Source of the DNA: Raoultella phage Rpl1 | Sequence record: OK631812.1 | Length of the DNA: 24,000 bases | Direction: 5' to 3' (one strand) | Part shown: positions 1-7,738 of the stretch, piece by piece | How the letters are laid out: every line of letters begins with the position of its first letter | How positions within the stretch are numbered: position 1 is the first letter of the stretch | Notes under the pieces: generated by a model | Seen by the model: only the letters and a program-made list of their open reading frames with translations | Told to the model about the DNA's origin: nothing | The model's database searches: none | Position numbers and translations under genes: made by a program

Positions 1-1
1 T

Positions 2-34
2 TCTGCTTCCGAATTCCGTGAAGTTGATGCATAA
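2..34 (+). CDS. C-terminal end of an upstream late gene (partial, runs off the window); by synteny probably gp35-like hinge connector
   Basis: Open frame SASEFREVDA* ending TAA at 32-34, directly upstream of gp36; identity is inferred only from T4 gene order. Confidence 0.35.
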   Translation, partial: SASEFREVDA

Positions 35-37
35 ACA

Positions 38-59
38 AAGGCCCGGAACATCGGGCCTT
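38..59 (+). terminator. Intrinsic terminator between the upstream gene and gp36
   Basis: AAGGCCCG (38-45) / CGGGCCTT (52-59) perfect stem with 6-nt loop. Confidence 0.7.
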
Positions 60-66
60 ATAAATA
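59..66 (+). promoter_or_regulatory. T4-type late promoter core
   Basis: Exact TATAAATA at 59-66, 18 nt before the gp36 start codon. Confidence 0.8.
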
Positions 67-83
67 TGTAAAAAGGGGTTATT

Positions 84-752
84 ATGGCAGATTTAAAAGC
101 TGGTTCTACAGTCGGGGGTTTGCCTATTTGGCACTCCGGCACATTTCCGCTGGTTCCGGTTGGTAATACTCTAACCTATCGCGGATATAAGGTTTATACT
201 GAAAACGATAAACCACAAGCATCAAATAACGACTTCGTTTCTAAAGCAAGCGGCGGTCAATATTTGGGTGTAGTTGCCTTCAAACAGGGGCTACAAATTA
301 ACGCTACTTTCACTGGCGGAAGTGACCAGAACGGTTTATATTCTGGTGATGGTGATGGTGCGACATTTGATAAGGCCAACATTGATCTTGTATCATGGTA
401 TGGTATTGGTATTCGTTCATCTTCCGGAACAAGTGGTCGCGTATTAGTTATCAATGCTAGAAATGGTGATGTAAACACGAAGGGTAATATCACGGTTGAA
501 AAACAAATCAGTATTACTTCTGCGAATCCTACAGATGGAACTCACGCAACGAGAAAAAGTTACGTTGATGGTCAGATAAGTATAGTTACATCAAATGCTA
601 ATAGCAGGGTATTACGCGCTGGAGATACAATGACAGGGCTATTAACTGCCCCGCAATTCGCGAGCACAGGCGCGGCTTCCCGTCCCGAACACGTACCACG
701 GCTCGACCAGGTAATTACTAAAGGGACTATCATAGATTTTGGATCTTATTAA
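84..752 (+). CDS. 36: Long tail fibre hinge/distal connector gp36
   Basis: 222 aa; MADLKAGSTVGGLPIWHSGTFPL...DNDFVSKA.../NGDGATFDKANID(L)VSWYG-type blocks and SRVLRAGDTMTG...HVPRLDQ closely resemble T4 gp36; RBS AAAAGGGG upstream. Confidence 0.93.
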   Translation: MADLKAGSTVGGLPIWHSGTFPLVPVGNTLTYRGYKVYTENDKPQASNNDFVSKASGGQYLGVVAFKQGLQINATFTGGSDQNGLYSGDGDGATFDKANIDLVSWYGIGIRSSSGTSGRVLVINARNGDVNTKGNITVEKQISITSANPTDGTHATRKSYVDGQISIVTSNANSRVLRAGDTMTGLLTAPQFASTGAASRPEHVPRLDQVITKGTIIDFGSY

Positions 753-760
753 GGTGAAAC

Positions 761-3700
761 ATGGCTGATTTAGCAAAAATTCAATTCCTACGTAGCACAG
801 TTGCGGGGAAAACACCTACTACAAGTCAGCTTGCAGATGGTGAACTGGCGATCAACATGGCTGATTATGCCATTTACACGAAAAATGGTTCTTCGATCGT
901 TCAGTTAGCGGGTAAAGGTATCCCAGAAACAAATACCAAAAAATTAACAGTAAATGGGCCTAGTGCTCTTAATGATACCGTTACCGTAGCGGAAGGTAAA
1001 ACTATTACTTTCACCAACGCGGATTTGAGCGGGGGTATGGTTCGTCATATCACTGGTAAAAACGCTCTTAACGATGGTTGGTACATCGGTTCTGGCGGTG
1101 AGAGTAATAAAGGGTTTTTAGAAATCGGTACAATTGATGACGGTGGTGAAGAGATCCGTTTCGTTTCCCGTGGTTCTGGTGATACTATTCGCCGTACTCT
1201 GAAACTTATTGATTCCGGTGGTAACACTCGCGTACCTGGTAACATCTATATTGATGAAGCTCTTGGCGGTGGTGGTTCTGCCTTTATTTCAAAAAATAAA
1301 GCATATTTCGGTGCTGGCGGTGCTGATATCTATATGCGTAACACGGCTGGCGGTGCGACAAATCAGTTAACGATCACTGATGGTGGTGAATTGCTGTTTC
1401 AAGCAAAACCTATATACTGGGATGGTCGTAAACCGACTTTAACCGAATTGGGGATCGGGAGGGTTGAAAACGCACGTCAGCTTGAACAAGATAATTTCCC
1501 TGTAATCACGGGGAATGATAATCGTTGGATTAAAGTTGCTCTGTTAAAAGATCCGGGTTCCGGTCAGAGTCGCTTGCAACTGATGGTGACTAACGGCGGT
1601 AACTATGGTTCTGCGCGTAGTTCTATCGACTTTATCGATTGTAGTGCTCGAAGCATTCCATCGACATTAACAAGCAGTAACATACGTTCTTATCTGCAAA
1701 TTCGTCGTTTAGGGGATCCATCATTTGATAATACTAACCAGATGCGTTATAGCCTTGTTCGTACCTCCGAAGGTTTAGAACTGTGGTTTACTCAACGCGC
1801 GTTTATTGGTGGTGTTAAAGTTGCGCTGTTGTCTATCGCTGGCGGTGCTGCTACTGAATATTATCTGCCTACTGGTTACACGACTTCTGCAACTGCTCCG
1901 GAAGGGTTAGTTGAGAGCGTGGCTATTCGTATCTATGACGAAATGAACAAGCCTAACCTTGACGATGGTACTGATGGTATTCTGTCTGTTGCTAAAGGTG
2001 GTACAGGCGCAAGTACAGCCTCTGCTGCTCGCACAAACTTAGGTTTGGGTACGGCTGCAACCCGTGATGTTGGTACAGGTTCAGGACAAGTAATGCTTGT
2101 TGGTGCTTATGGTTTAGGCGGTAAGGGTACATCATATAGCATCGCAAATGCTCGCGACTATCTGAAACAACTGCGTACTGATGGTTCTCAGTTCATGCGA
2201 AATACGCTTAGTACTGACATTAACTATGGTATGGGTGCGAGTTTTTATAGCTCTGTATCAGATGTTCATGCGGTGATCTCGGTTGACTGGGCTACTGGTC
2301 GCGTTAAAGTTGGTGCAACTAACGATACTAACCTTAACTCAGATACAGGAAGAATCAACTCTCAGGAACTGTACGGTACTGCATTTAAACCAACTCCAGA
2401 TGACGTAGGGGCTGTTGCTCGTGCTGGTGATATGATGTCTGGTGATCTGACGATCTCGAAAACATCGCCTGGTTTCTATTTGAATGCTGAGAGCGGAAAC
2501 TCCGTAATTTGGTTTAGGTATAAAGGGAATGAAACTGGTGCTGTGTGGGCGTTGCCTAATACTGCCTCTTCTGGTGAAGTTCGCATTCGTGCCAGAACGT
2601 CGGGTGGAACGACAGGTGGAGAATTCTCGTTTAAATCTGACGGTACGTTTACATCACCTGGTGATGTAAATATCACTAGCGGCGCTTTCAACGGTAAAAG
2701 TGTCAATACTCAGTATGCGAACTTTAATAACACAAGTTCATCCACAACTGAACAAACCGTTTCTATTAGTGGTTCACAGCACACTCCGTTGTTACTGAAT
2801 AGACAGACTAACTCGAACTTGTCTATCGGGTTTAAACTTTCCGGAATGAACATGAAACGTTTGGGTATTGATGTAAACGGTGATATTCGTTACGGTGAAG
2901 CAGAAAACCAGACACAAAACTCATGGCTGTTGACTTCGGATACGATAAACAGATGGATTGTTAACTTCGGTCGTGATATTAACGTTGCTGGTGTGGTTAA
3001 TTCAACTGGTGTGATTAATTCAACTGGTGGATTTACTGGCCCTGTTACTGCATATGATTTAACTGGGGTAACTCAGGATCTTAATGCTTTAACATTGAAC
3101 AATACCGAACCAGGTCATATTAAAGTTTATACGTGCCGTAATATGGGTGGCGGTGATAACATCACCAATAAACCTTCTGGCGTAGGTGGTAACTTTATTG
3201 TTATCGTTGAATGTCTCCGTAAAGTAAGAGATACCGATTACACTAACCGTCAAGTATTACGCGCGTCGGACAATAAACGCAGTTGGGAACGTTGGTTAAC
3301 TGTTAGCGGTACTACTAACACCTGGTCACCGTGGAGAATGAACGTTGTTAGCGGAAACGATGACGATGTATCATTTAAATCTGTTACCACGACTACAGGA
3401 AACCTGAACAGTGGAAATGATCTGATTGTTGCTAACAACACTCGCGTAGGTGGCAACTTAGGGTTAGGTGGTGCTTCTTCCACGAAATACACTGATAAAG
3501 GTGTTGTGATTGGTAGAGGTAGTGCTCTGTTAGAAAGTACTGATGGTCGTGTGGTTATTGGTAGTTCTGGTGCTGGTCGTGCTGTTGAATTGCGTCCTGG
3601 TGGCCCAACTCAAACCAACAACGGGATCAAAGTAACTGCTACCTCTGGAAGTGGTGGTGATACTGCGATCGAGTATGCACAAGGGGTGAAAATTCGTTCT

Positions 3701-4747
3701 AATAACGGCGGGGCGTTGATTATTTCTGCTAAAGCAGGTCAATCAATCTATCTACGACCGCAAGGTGATACATCCAGCACAAACGAAACCCGTATTGATG
3801 CAAACGGTAGTATCACGATTAACGGCAATATTAACGCCAACGGTACATTAACTTGTACTGGTGGTGCTGTTAACGGCGACTTGACTGTATCAGGAAACGT
3901 AGATATCACTGGAACTCGACTCAAAACCTGGGGACTTGAGGTTGATGGCGGCGGAACTGTGCTCGGTGGAACTATTGATGTTGTTGGTAAAGCTAACTTC
4001 TCTAATGAGCTTACAGCCAAAACTTCTATTAATGTCATGAATGATGGAAATAGTCATCTGTTCTTCCGTAAAGCAGATGGTACAGAAAAAGGTCTTTTAT
4101 ATGTAGATGACCCAGGTAACGTGACTATTCGTGCTAAGGGTGGAAGTGGCCCTACTTGGAACTTTTGGGAATCAGGATCTTGTCAATTCCCAGGTGCTAT
4201 TAGTAACTTTAATGGTGTTAATAGTACTACTAATTACCCTGGCGGCGGTATTGGCGCGTATTTAAATACCGCTGGCCTAACAAGTAGATTTAGTAATGGT
4301 GCTTATGTTTCCTTATACTTCCAAGAATATGTAGGAAGCTATCACCAAGCTATTCTTAATGTTAACGGCTATGGGCAAGATAACAGCTTTTATTTCCGGG
4401 CTGGTGGTGATTTCATATGTACCCGTAATGGTTCATTCGATAACGTCGAGATTCGTTCTGACCGTAGAGCCAAATCGGACATCAAAGTTATTGAAAATGC
4501 TTTGGAAAAAGTAGAAAAACTAACCGGTAATACTTATGAGCTTCACAACACATCCGGTGGTACTACTCGTTCTGCGGGTTTAATCGCGCAGGAAGTTCAA
4601 GAAGTTCTTCCGGAAGCAGTTACTCAGGATATTGAAGCAGACGGGGGTTTATTGCGTCTGAATTACAACTCAGTAATTGCACTTCTCGTTGAATCTGTTA
4701 AAGAGCTTTCTGCTGAGGTTAAAGAGCTTAAATCTCAACTGAAATAA
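761..4747 (+). CDS. 37: Large distal long tail fibre subunit gp37 with C-terminal peptidase-S74-like intramolecular chaperone
   Basis: 1328 aa; N-terminus MADLAKIQFLRSTVAGKTPTTSQLADGELAINMAD resembles T4 gp37 N-terminus; C-terminus RRAKSDIKVIENALEKVEKLTGNTYEL...SAGLIAQEVQEVLPEAV...LNYNSVIALLVESVKEL is a classic S74 chaperone domain. Confidence 0.93.
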   Translation: MADLAKIQFLRSTVAGKTPTTSQLADGELAINMADYAIYTKNGSSIVQLAGKGIPETNTKKLTVNGPSALNDTVTVAEGKTITFTNADLSGGMVRHITGKNALNDGWYIGSGGESNKGFLEIGTIDDGGEEIRFVSRGSGDTIRRTLKLIDSGGNTRVPGNIYIDEALGGGGSAFISKNKAYFGAGGADIYMRNTAGGATNQLTITDGGELLFQAKPIYWDGRKPTLTELGIGRVENARQLEQDNFPVITGNDNRWIKVALLKDPGSGQSRLQLMVTNGGNYGSARSSIDFIDCSARSIPSTLTSSNIRSYLQIRRLGDPSFDNTNQMRYSLVRTSEGLELWFTQRAFIGGVKVALLSIAGGAATEYYLPTGYTTSATAPEGLVESVAIRIYDEMNKPNLDDGTDGILSVAKGGTGASTASAARTNLGLGTAATRDVGTGSGQVMLVGAYGLGGKGTSYSIANARDYLKQLRTDGSQFMRNTLSTDINYGMGASFYSSVSDVHAVISVDWATGRVKVGATNDTNLNSDTGRINSQELYGTAFKPTPDDVGAVARAGDMMSGDLTISKTSPGFYLNAESGNSVIWFRYKGNETGAVWALPNTASSGEVRIRARTSGGTTGGEFSFKSDGTFTSPGDVNITSGAFNGKSVNTQYANFNNTSSSTTEQTVSISGSQHTPLLLNRQTNSNLSIGFKLSGMNMKRLGIDVNGDIRYGEAENQTQNSWLLTSDTINRWIVNFGRDINVAGVVNSTGVINSTGGFTGPVTAYDLTGVTQDLNALTLNNTEPGHIKVYTCRNMGGGDNITNKPSGVGGNFIVIVECLRKVRDTDYTNRQVLRASDNKRSWERWLTVSGTTNTWSPWRMNVVSGNDDDVSFKSVTTTTGNLNSGNDLIVANNTRVGGNLGLGGASSTKYTDKGVVIGRGSALLESTDGRVVIGSSGAGRAVELRPGGPTQTNNGIKVTATSGSGGDTAIEYAQGVKIRSNNGGALIISAKAGQSIYLRPQGDTSSTNETRIDANGSITINGNINANGTLTCTGGAVNGDLTVSGNVDITGTRLKTWGLEVDGGGTVLGGTIDVVGKANFSNELTAKTSINVMNDGNSHLFFRKADGTEKGLLYVDDPGNVTIRAKGGSGPTWNFWESGSCQFPGAISNFNGVNSTTNYPGGGIGAYLNTAGLTSRFSNGAYVSLYFQEYVGSYHQAILNVNGYGQDNSFYFRAGGDFICTRNGSFDNVEIRSDRRAKSDIKVIENALEKVEKLTGNTYELHNTSGGTTRSAGLIAQEVQEVLPEAVTQDIEADGGLLRLNYNSVIALLVESVKELSAEVKELKSQLK
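2993..3028 (+). repeat. Tandem duplication of 18 bp inside gp37 encoding V(V/I)NSTG twice
   Basis: GTGGTTAATTCAACTGGT followed directly by GTGATTAATTCAACTGGT (17/18 identical). Confidence 0.85.
4475..4744 (+). other. Predicted self-cleaved C-terminal chaperone portion of gp37 (about 90 aa after the conserved Ser)
   Basis: The TCG codon of the Ser-Asp pair in RRAK/SDIK is at 4475-4477; S74-family fibres self-cleave before this Ser. Confidence 0.65.
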
Positions 4748-4750
4748 TGT

Positions 4751-4769
4751 AAGGGGCTTCGGCCCCTTT
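4751..4769 (+). terminator. C(UUCG)G hairpin with short T-run between gp37 and gp38, immediately before the gp38 RBS
   Basis: AAGGGGC-TTCG-GCCCCTT(TT), then AGGAG. Confidence 0.6.
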
Positions 4770-4783
4770 TAGGAGAAATAACT

Positions 4784-5311
4784 ATGGCAGTAACAGGGCC
4801 GTGGGTCGGAAGTTCGGCAAAGGCTGAAACTGGCGAAGCATGGATGGTGCAAGCTGGGGCCAAATTAAGAATAGGGACACCGTTTTGGATGTCTAATATG
4901 ATTGGACAAAGCGTATTCCATTTAATTTTCAGAATTAACTATGCACAAGGTTCTTCTGGCGATCCATCTAGATATAGAGGATTCTTTAAAAGAGGGTTAG
5001 CAGTAAATATAGGAGACTCAGCAAACCAGCCAACATTAAATGCATTTCCTGGTGGTGAAGTAGGGTCTTTAGTAGCCATTACAAATATTAAAGGGGATCC
5101 TTATTGTTTGTCTATTTTAAATGGGGCTGATCGACGAGTTAAAGTGTCTATATTTAATGCATCTGGCGGAGACCAGTATGATGTTTATTTCAGTGGAACT
5201 ACTATGAGTGACGGTTGGAGAAGATATAGATGCGAAAACGCTGATGGCCTCAATGGATATTTTAAAGCTAGAATGGATAATCAGTTCGGTGCTTTATTAG
5301 AATATGTTTGA
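4784..5311 (+). CDS. 38: gp38-like long-tail-fibre tip protein, T2-type N-terminal anchor but without polyglycine domain
   Basis: MAVTGPWVGSSAKAETGEAWMVQAGAKLRIGTPFWMSNMIGQSV is nearly the T2-type gp38 N-terminus; the remaining ~130 aa are not glycine-island-like. Position directly after gp37. Confidence 0.75.
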   Translation: MAVTGPWVGSSAKAETGEAWMVQAGAKLRIGTPFWMSNMIGQSVFHLIFRINYAQGSSGDPSRYRGFFKRGLAVNIGDSANQPTLNAFPGGEVGSLVAITNIKGDPYCLSILNGADRRVKVSIFNASGGDQYDVYFSGTTMSDGWRRYRCENADGLNGYFKARMDNQFGALLEYV

Positions 5312-5352
5312 TAGATAAACCAACAAACTCACCTCATACTATTAAATAGATT

Positions 5353-5381
5353 AAAAGGCTACCTATATGGTAGCCTTTTTT
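5353..5381 (+). terminator. Intrinsic terminator ending the tail-fibre operon
   Basis: AAAAGGCTACC-TATAT-GGTAGCCTTTTTT, 11-bp stem with T-run. Confidence 0.9.
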
Positions 5382-5389
5382 GTTGCATC

Positions 5390-5398
5390 CTAAATATA
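5390..5398 (+). promoter_or_regulatory. Possible degenerate late promoter for holin gene
   Basis: CCTAAATAT shares TAAATA with the T4 late core, 30 nt upstream of the t start; imperfect match. Confidence 0.35.
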
Positions 5399-5428
5399 CC
5401 TATAGTAACCTAAGAAGAGTCTTATAAA

Positions 5429-6076
5429 ATGGCTGAGAGAAATCCCGTAGATAAACTAGCCTTATTTGATCGGGTAATATCGTTTGTGATGGGTGTGAAA
5501 ACATGGAAACAATTGCTGATAAAAATAATTCTAATAATGGTTATGTTTCTTATGGTAGTAACTTGGTACAAATGGACTGATATATTCCCGATGATAAAAG
5601 GTGCCCTTGTAGTCGATACAAGGGCTATCGAAATGGAAAGAACAGAAAAGTTTAATCAATCCGCGTTGGAACAGTTGAGCATAGTTCATCTTACTTCCAA
5701 CGCGGATTTTTCGGCGGTACTGGCATTCAGACCAAAGAACATAAACTATTTTGTTGACATTGTAGAATATCAGGGAAAATTACCATCCCAAATCGATCCT
5801 AAAAACCTCGGTGGTTATCCGATCGATAAAACATCCGAAGAATACACGAATCATATAAATGGCTTGTACTATTCATCAACTACAGCAAGTTCCTACCTAC
5901 CGACACGTGATTTTGTGCCAGTAGCTTATACTTTTAGTTGCCCTTATTTCAATCTTGATAACTACTATTCTGGATCGGTTTTGATGGAATGGTATGCAAA
6001 GCGGCCTGATATACCAGATATGAAGATAAACATCATATGTGGACAGGCCGCGCGCATTTTAGGTCGAGCGAGGTGA
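5429..6076 (+). CDS. t: Holin (T4 gpt family)
   Basis: 215 aa; single N-terminal TM and blocks ALEQLSIVHLTSNADFSAVLAFRPKNINYFVDIVEYQGKLPS, LGGYPIDKTSEEYT, SCPYFNLDNYYSG, CGQAARILGRA strongly resembling T4 holin. Confidence 0.95.
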   Translation: MAERNPVDKLALFDRVISFVMGVKTWKQLLIKIILIMVMFLMVVTWYKWTDIFPMIKGALVVDTRAIEMERTEKFNQSALEQLSIVHLTSNADFSAVLAFRPKNINYFVDIVEYQGKLPSQIDPKNLGGYPIDKTSEEYTNHINGLYYSSTTASSYLPTRDFVPVAYTFSCPYFNLDNYYSGSVLMEWYAKRPDIPDMKINIICGQAARILGRAR

Positions 6077-6346
6077 TTAACGTAATGCTGGTGTTAAATT
6101 GTGTGACCTTCCAATAGCCCGTTTGATTGCTTTAAAGAAGTTCATCACCGGGCTATTTTTCTCGTAAATATCCCAAACTTTCAATTTGTCCCACGGATCC
6201 GGAACATAATCTTCATTCCTTGCCGAAACCCCCAACGTAACCCTCCTGTATCCAGCGCTGTCGTGATAATACACGAAGAATGGCCTACCTATTGGCGCAA
6301 CCTTACAACCTCTCTTAGCGGCTCTCATAGCCTCATCGAACGTCAT
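6077..6346 (-). CDS. Small protein resembling DUF2829/Tad2 family (candidate anti-defence protein)
   Basis: MTFDEAMRAAKRGCKVAPIGRPFFVYYHD... and ...DKLKVWDIYEK; start moved to ATG at 6346, which overlaps the upstream TGA as ATGA (the listed 6358 start is TTG). Confidence 0.45.
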   Translation of the reverse strand: MTFDEAMRAAKRGCKVAPIGRPFFVYYHDSAGYRRVTLGVSARNEDYVPDPWDKLKVWDIYEKNSPVMNFFKAIKRAIGRSHNLTPALR

Positions 6347-6633
6347 GGATTCCCCCAAAAATTTCTATGCATGAATGGTCGAATTCCGATAGTTTCACTC
6401 AAAATGAATATCGGATGATCTAGATCATCATGGTTCTCTTCATCAATGACGATATCCCAATCAGTAGCCTCTTGTTCTTCTACCGTGGCAATGAATACCT
6501 GGTTTACTTCACACTTGCGGTGTGTACGTCTGATGATTGTATCCCCCTCACGAAACACAATCATATCAGGATTGGTAGTACGGTACGCGGTTTTGCCCGC
6601 GCACACTTCATTAAGCATATCTTCGTATGTCAT
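6343..6633 (-). CDS. Second small DUF2829/Tad2-like protein
   Basis: 96 aa; MTYEDMLNEVCAGKTAYR...EEQEATDWDIVIDE: 'EAL..GK.v.R' start and 'D..A.DW.iv' end typical of the family; TAATG overlap with upstream gene. Confidence 0.45.
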   Translation of the reverse strand: MTYEDMLNEVCAGKTAYRTTNPDMIVFREGDTIIRRTHRKCEVNQVFIATVEEQEATDWDIVIDEENHDDLDHPIFILSETIGIRPFMHRNFWGNP

Positions 6634-7430
6634 TATAAAACCTTTACACGTTGAACGATGGTTTGTTTAACGTCTTTGTATTCTCCGTGCTCTTTAACGG
6701 TTGCTTTGAACGTGATTTCATCACCTTCGTTTGCAATGTTATTACCGAAGTAAACAACAACATTACCATCAACATTAATTTTGGTCATGAATCTTTCTAC
6801 AGAAGTGTAGTAAGAAACTTGAGTATATCCCAGTGAAATCACTTTCTCAACGGTTCCGGTCATTTCCAGACGTTGTTTGATTTCACCGATGTGGTTAGCT
6901 TTAGAAATGCGTTCCTGACGCTCTTGTTCCCACTGTTCGCGGATTTCTTCGCGTTTGGCGATATAATCCTTCTCCAGTGCAACACCCATGCAGTAAGCGC
7001 ATACAGCGTCGAATACAGGGCTGTTTTTGTTGTCTTCTTTAGACTGGTCAGCCCACCAAAGAACAGTAAACATTGGCATTTCTGCAATTACTTCGCCTTT
7101 ACGCTTGCCAATCGGCATGATCCCTTTTTCCAGCAGTTCCAGTTTTTCAGTATCGAACACTGACAGTTTACCGCGACGTTCGAACAGATCGAAATCTGCA
7201 AAGCCCTGGAATACCATTTTGAAAGTATCAGTTTCAGTTAAACGGGCTGAAACACGGTCGAAATACTCACGCGCTTTCGCTTCCGCTTTCTCCGGATCGG
7301 TAGATAAGTTGCAGATATAGTTATCAGAAGTATAACCGCCACCTCTACGCTCAACACGCAAGGTGTACATTGCATTTTTACGACCAGAAGAAATGAAGTA
7401 AGTGGTAGTAACTACGGTTGCGTTAGTCAT
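6633..7430 (-). CDS. Phage protein of unknown function, coiled middle and possible OB-like C-terminal domain
   Basis: 265 aa from MTNATVVTTTYF; listed start at 7514 would translate through a terminator and promoter, ATG 7430 has GGAG RBS. C-terminal GNVVVYFGNNIANEGDEITFKATVKEHGEYKDVKQTIVQRVK. Confidence 0.8.
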   Translation of the reverse strand: MTNATVVTTTYFISSGRKNAMYTLRVERRGGGYTSDNYICNLSTDPEKAEAKAREYFDRVSARLTETDTFKMVFQGFADFDLFERRGKLSVFDTEKLELLEKGIMPIGKRKGEVIAEMPMFTVLWWADQSKEDNKNSPVFDAVCAYCMGVALEKDYIAKREEIREQWEQERQERISKANHIGEIKQRLEMTGTVEKVISLGYTQVSYYTSVERFMTKINVDGNVVVYFGNNIANEGDEITFKATVKEHGEYKDVKQTIVQRVKVL

Positions 7431-7451
7431 GGTATTTCTCCTTAAAGGGTA

Positions 7452-7461
7452 TCTCGTTTCG
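7452..7461 (-). other. Part of the ATCGAAACGA downstream-promoter element (full 10-mer spans about 7454-7463)
   Basis: Plus strand TCGTTTCGAT; 8 nt between the -10 box and the CGAAAC core. Confidence 0.8.
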
Positions 7462-7469
7462 ATATGGCT

Positions 7470-7499
7470 AATATAGCAAAAGCCCTTGACCGAAGTCAA
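7470..7499 (-). promoter_or_regulatory. Sigma70-like promoter for the 265-aa gene/Tad2-like operon
   Basis: Minus strand TTGACT (7494-7499), 18-nt spacer, TATATT (7470-7475). Confidence 0.75.
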
Positions 7500-7508
7500 G
7501 GGCTTTTT
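7479..7508 (-). terminator. Intrinsic terminator with CUUCGG loop, containing the -35 of the next promoter
   Basis: AAAAAGCCCTTGACTTCGGTCAAGGGCTTTT on minus strand; perfect long stem. Confidence 0.9.
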
Positions 7509-7510
7509 CA

Positions 7511-7738
7511 TCATTCATTCGAATCTTTCATTGTTTTATGAAGATGAATATCAAAAATTTTCCAGTACGCCTTTCCGCGAGGATAAATTTTTGCTTTGTC
7601 AATATCGTTGTTGCTTCCCCATGTGTTGTTTGGGCCACGACATCGATTTTTTATATAATCTGTATGCCAGAATAAGCGCTGAACCGATGATTCCGTACCT
7701 AATGGATCTTCTTTACTGAACAGAATTTGTATACTCAT
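7511..7738 (-). CDS. Hypothetical protein
   Basis: 75 aa ORF in the packed minus-strand gene array. Confidence 0.6.
   Translation of the reverse strand: MSIQILFSKEDPLGTESSVQRLFWHTDYIKNRCRGPNNTWGSNNDIDKAKIYPRGKAYWKIFDIHLHKTMKDSNE

Noticed and set aside
5423-5430. TATAAAAT as late promoter for holin
   Set aside because: Overlaps the start codon, so the transcript would lack the start region; upstream CTAAATA is more plausible.
7431-7514. N-terminal extension of the 265-aa protein (MMKKPLTSVKGFCY...)
   Set aside because: It translates the terminator, promoter and RBS; internal ATG 7430 is far better.
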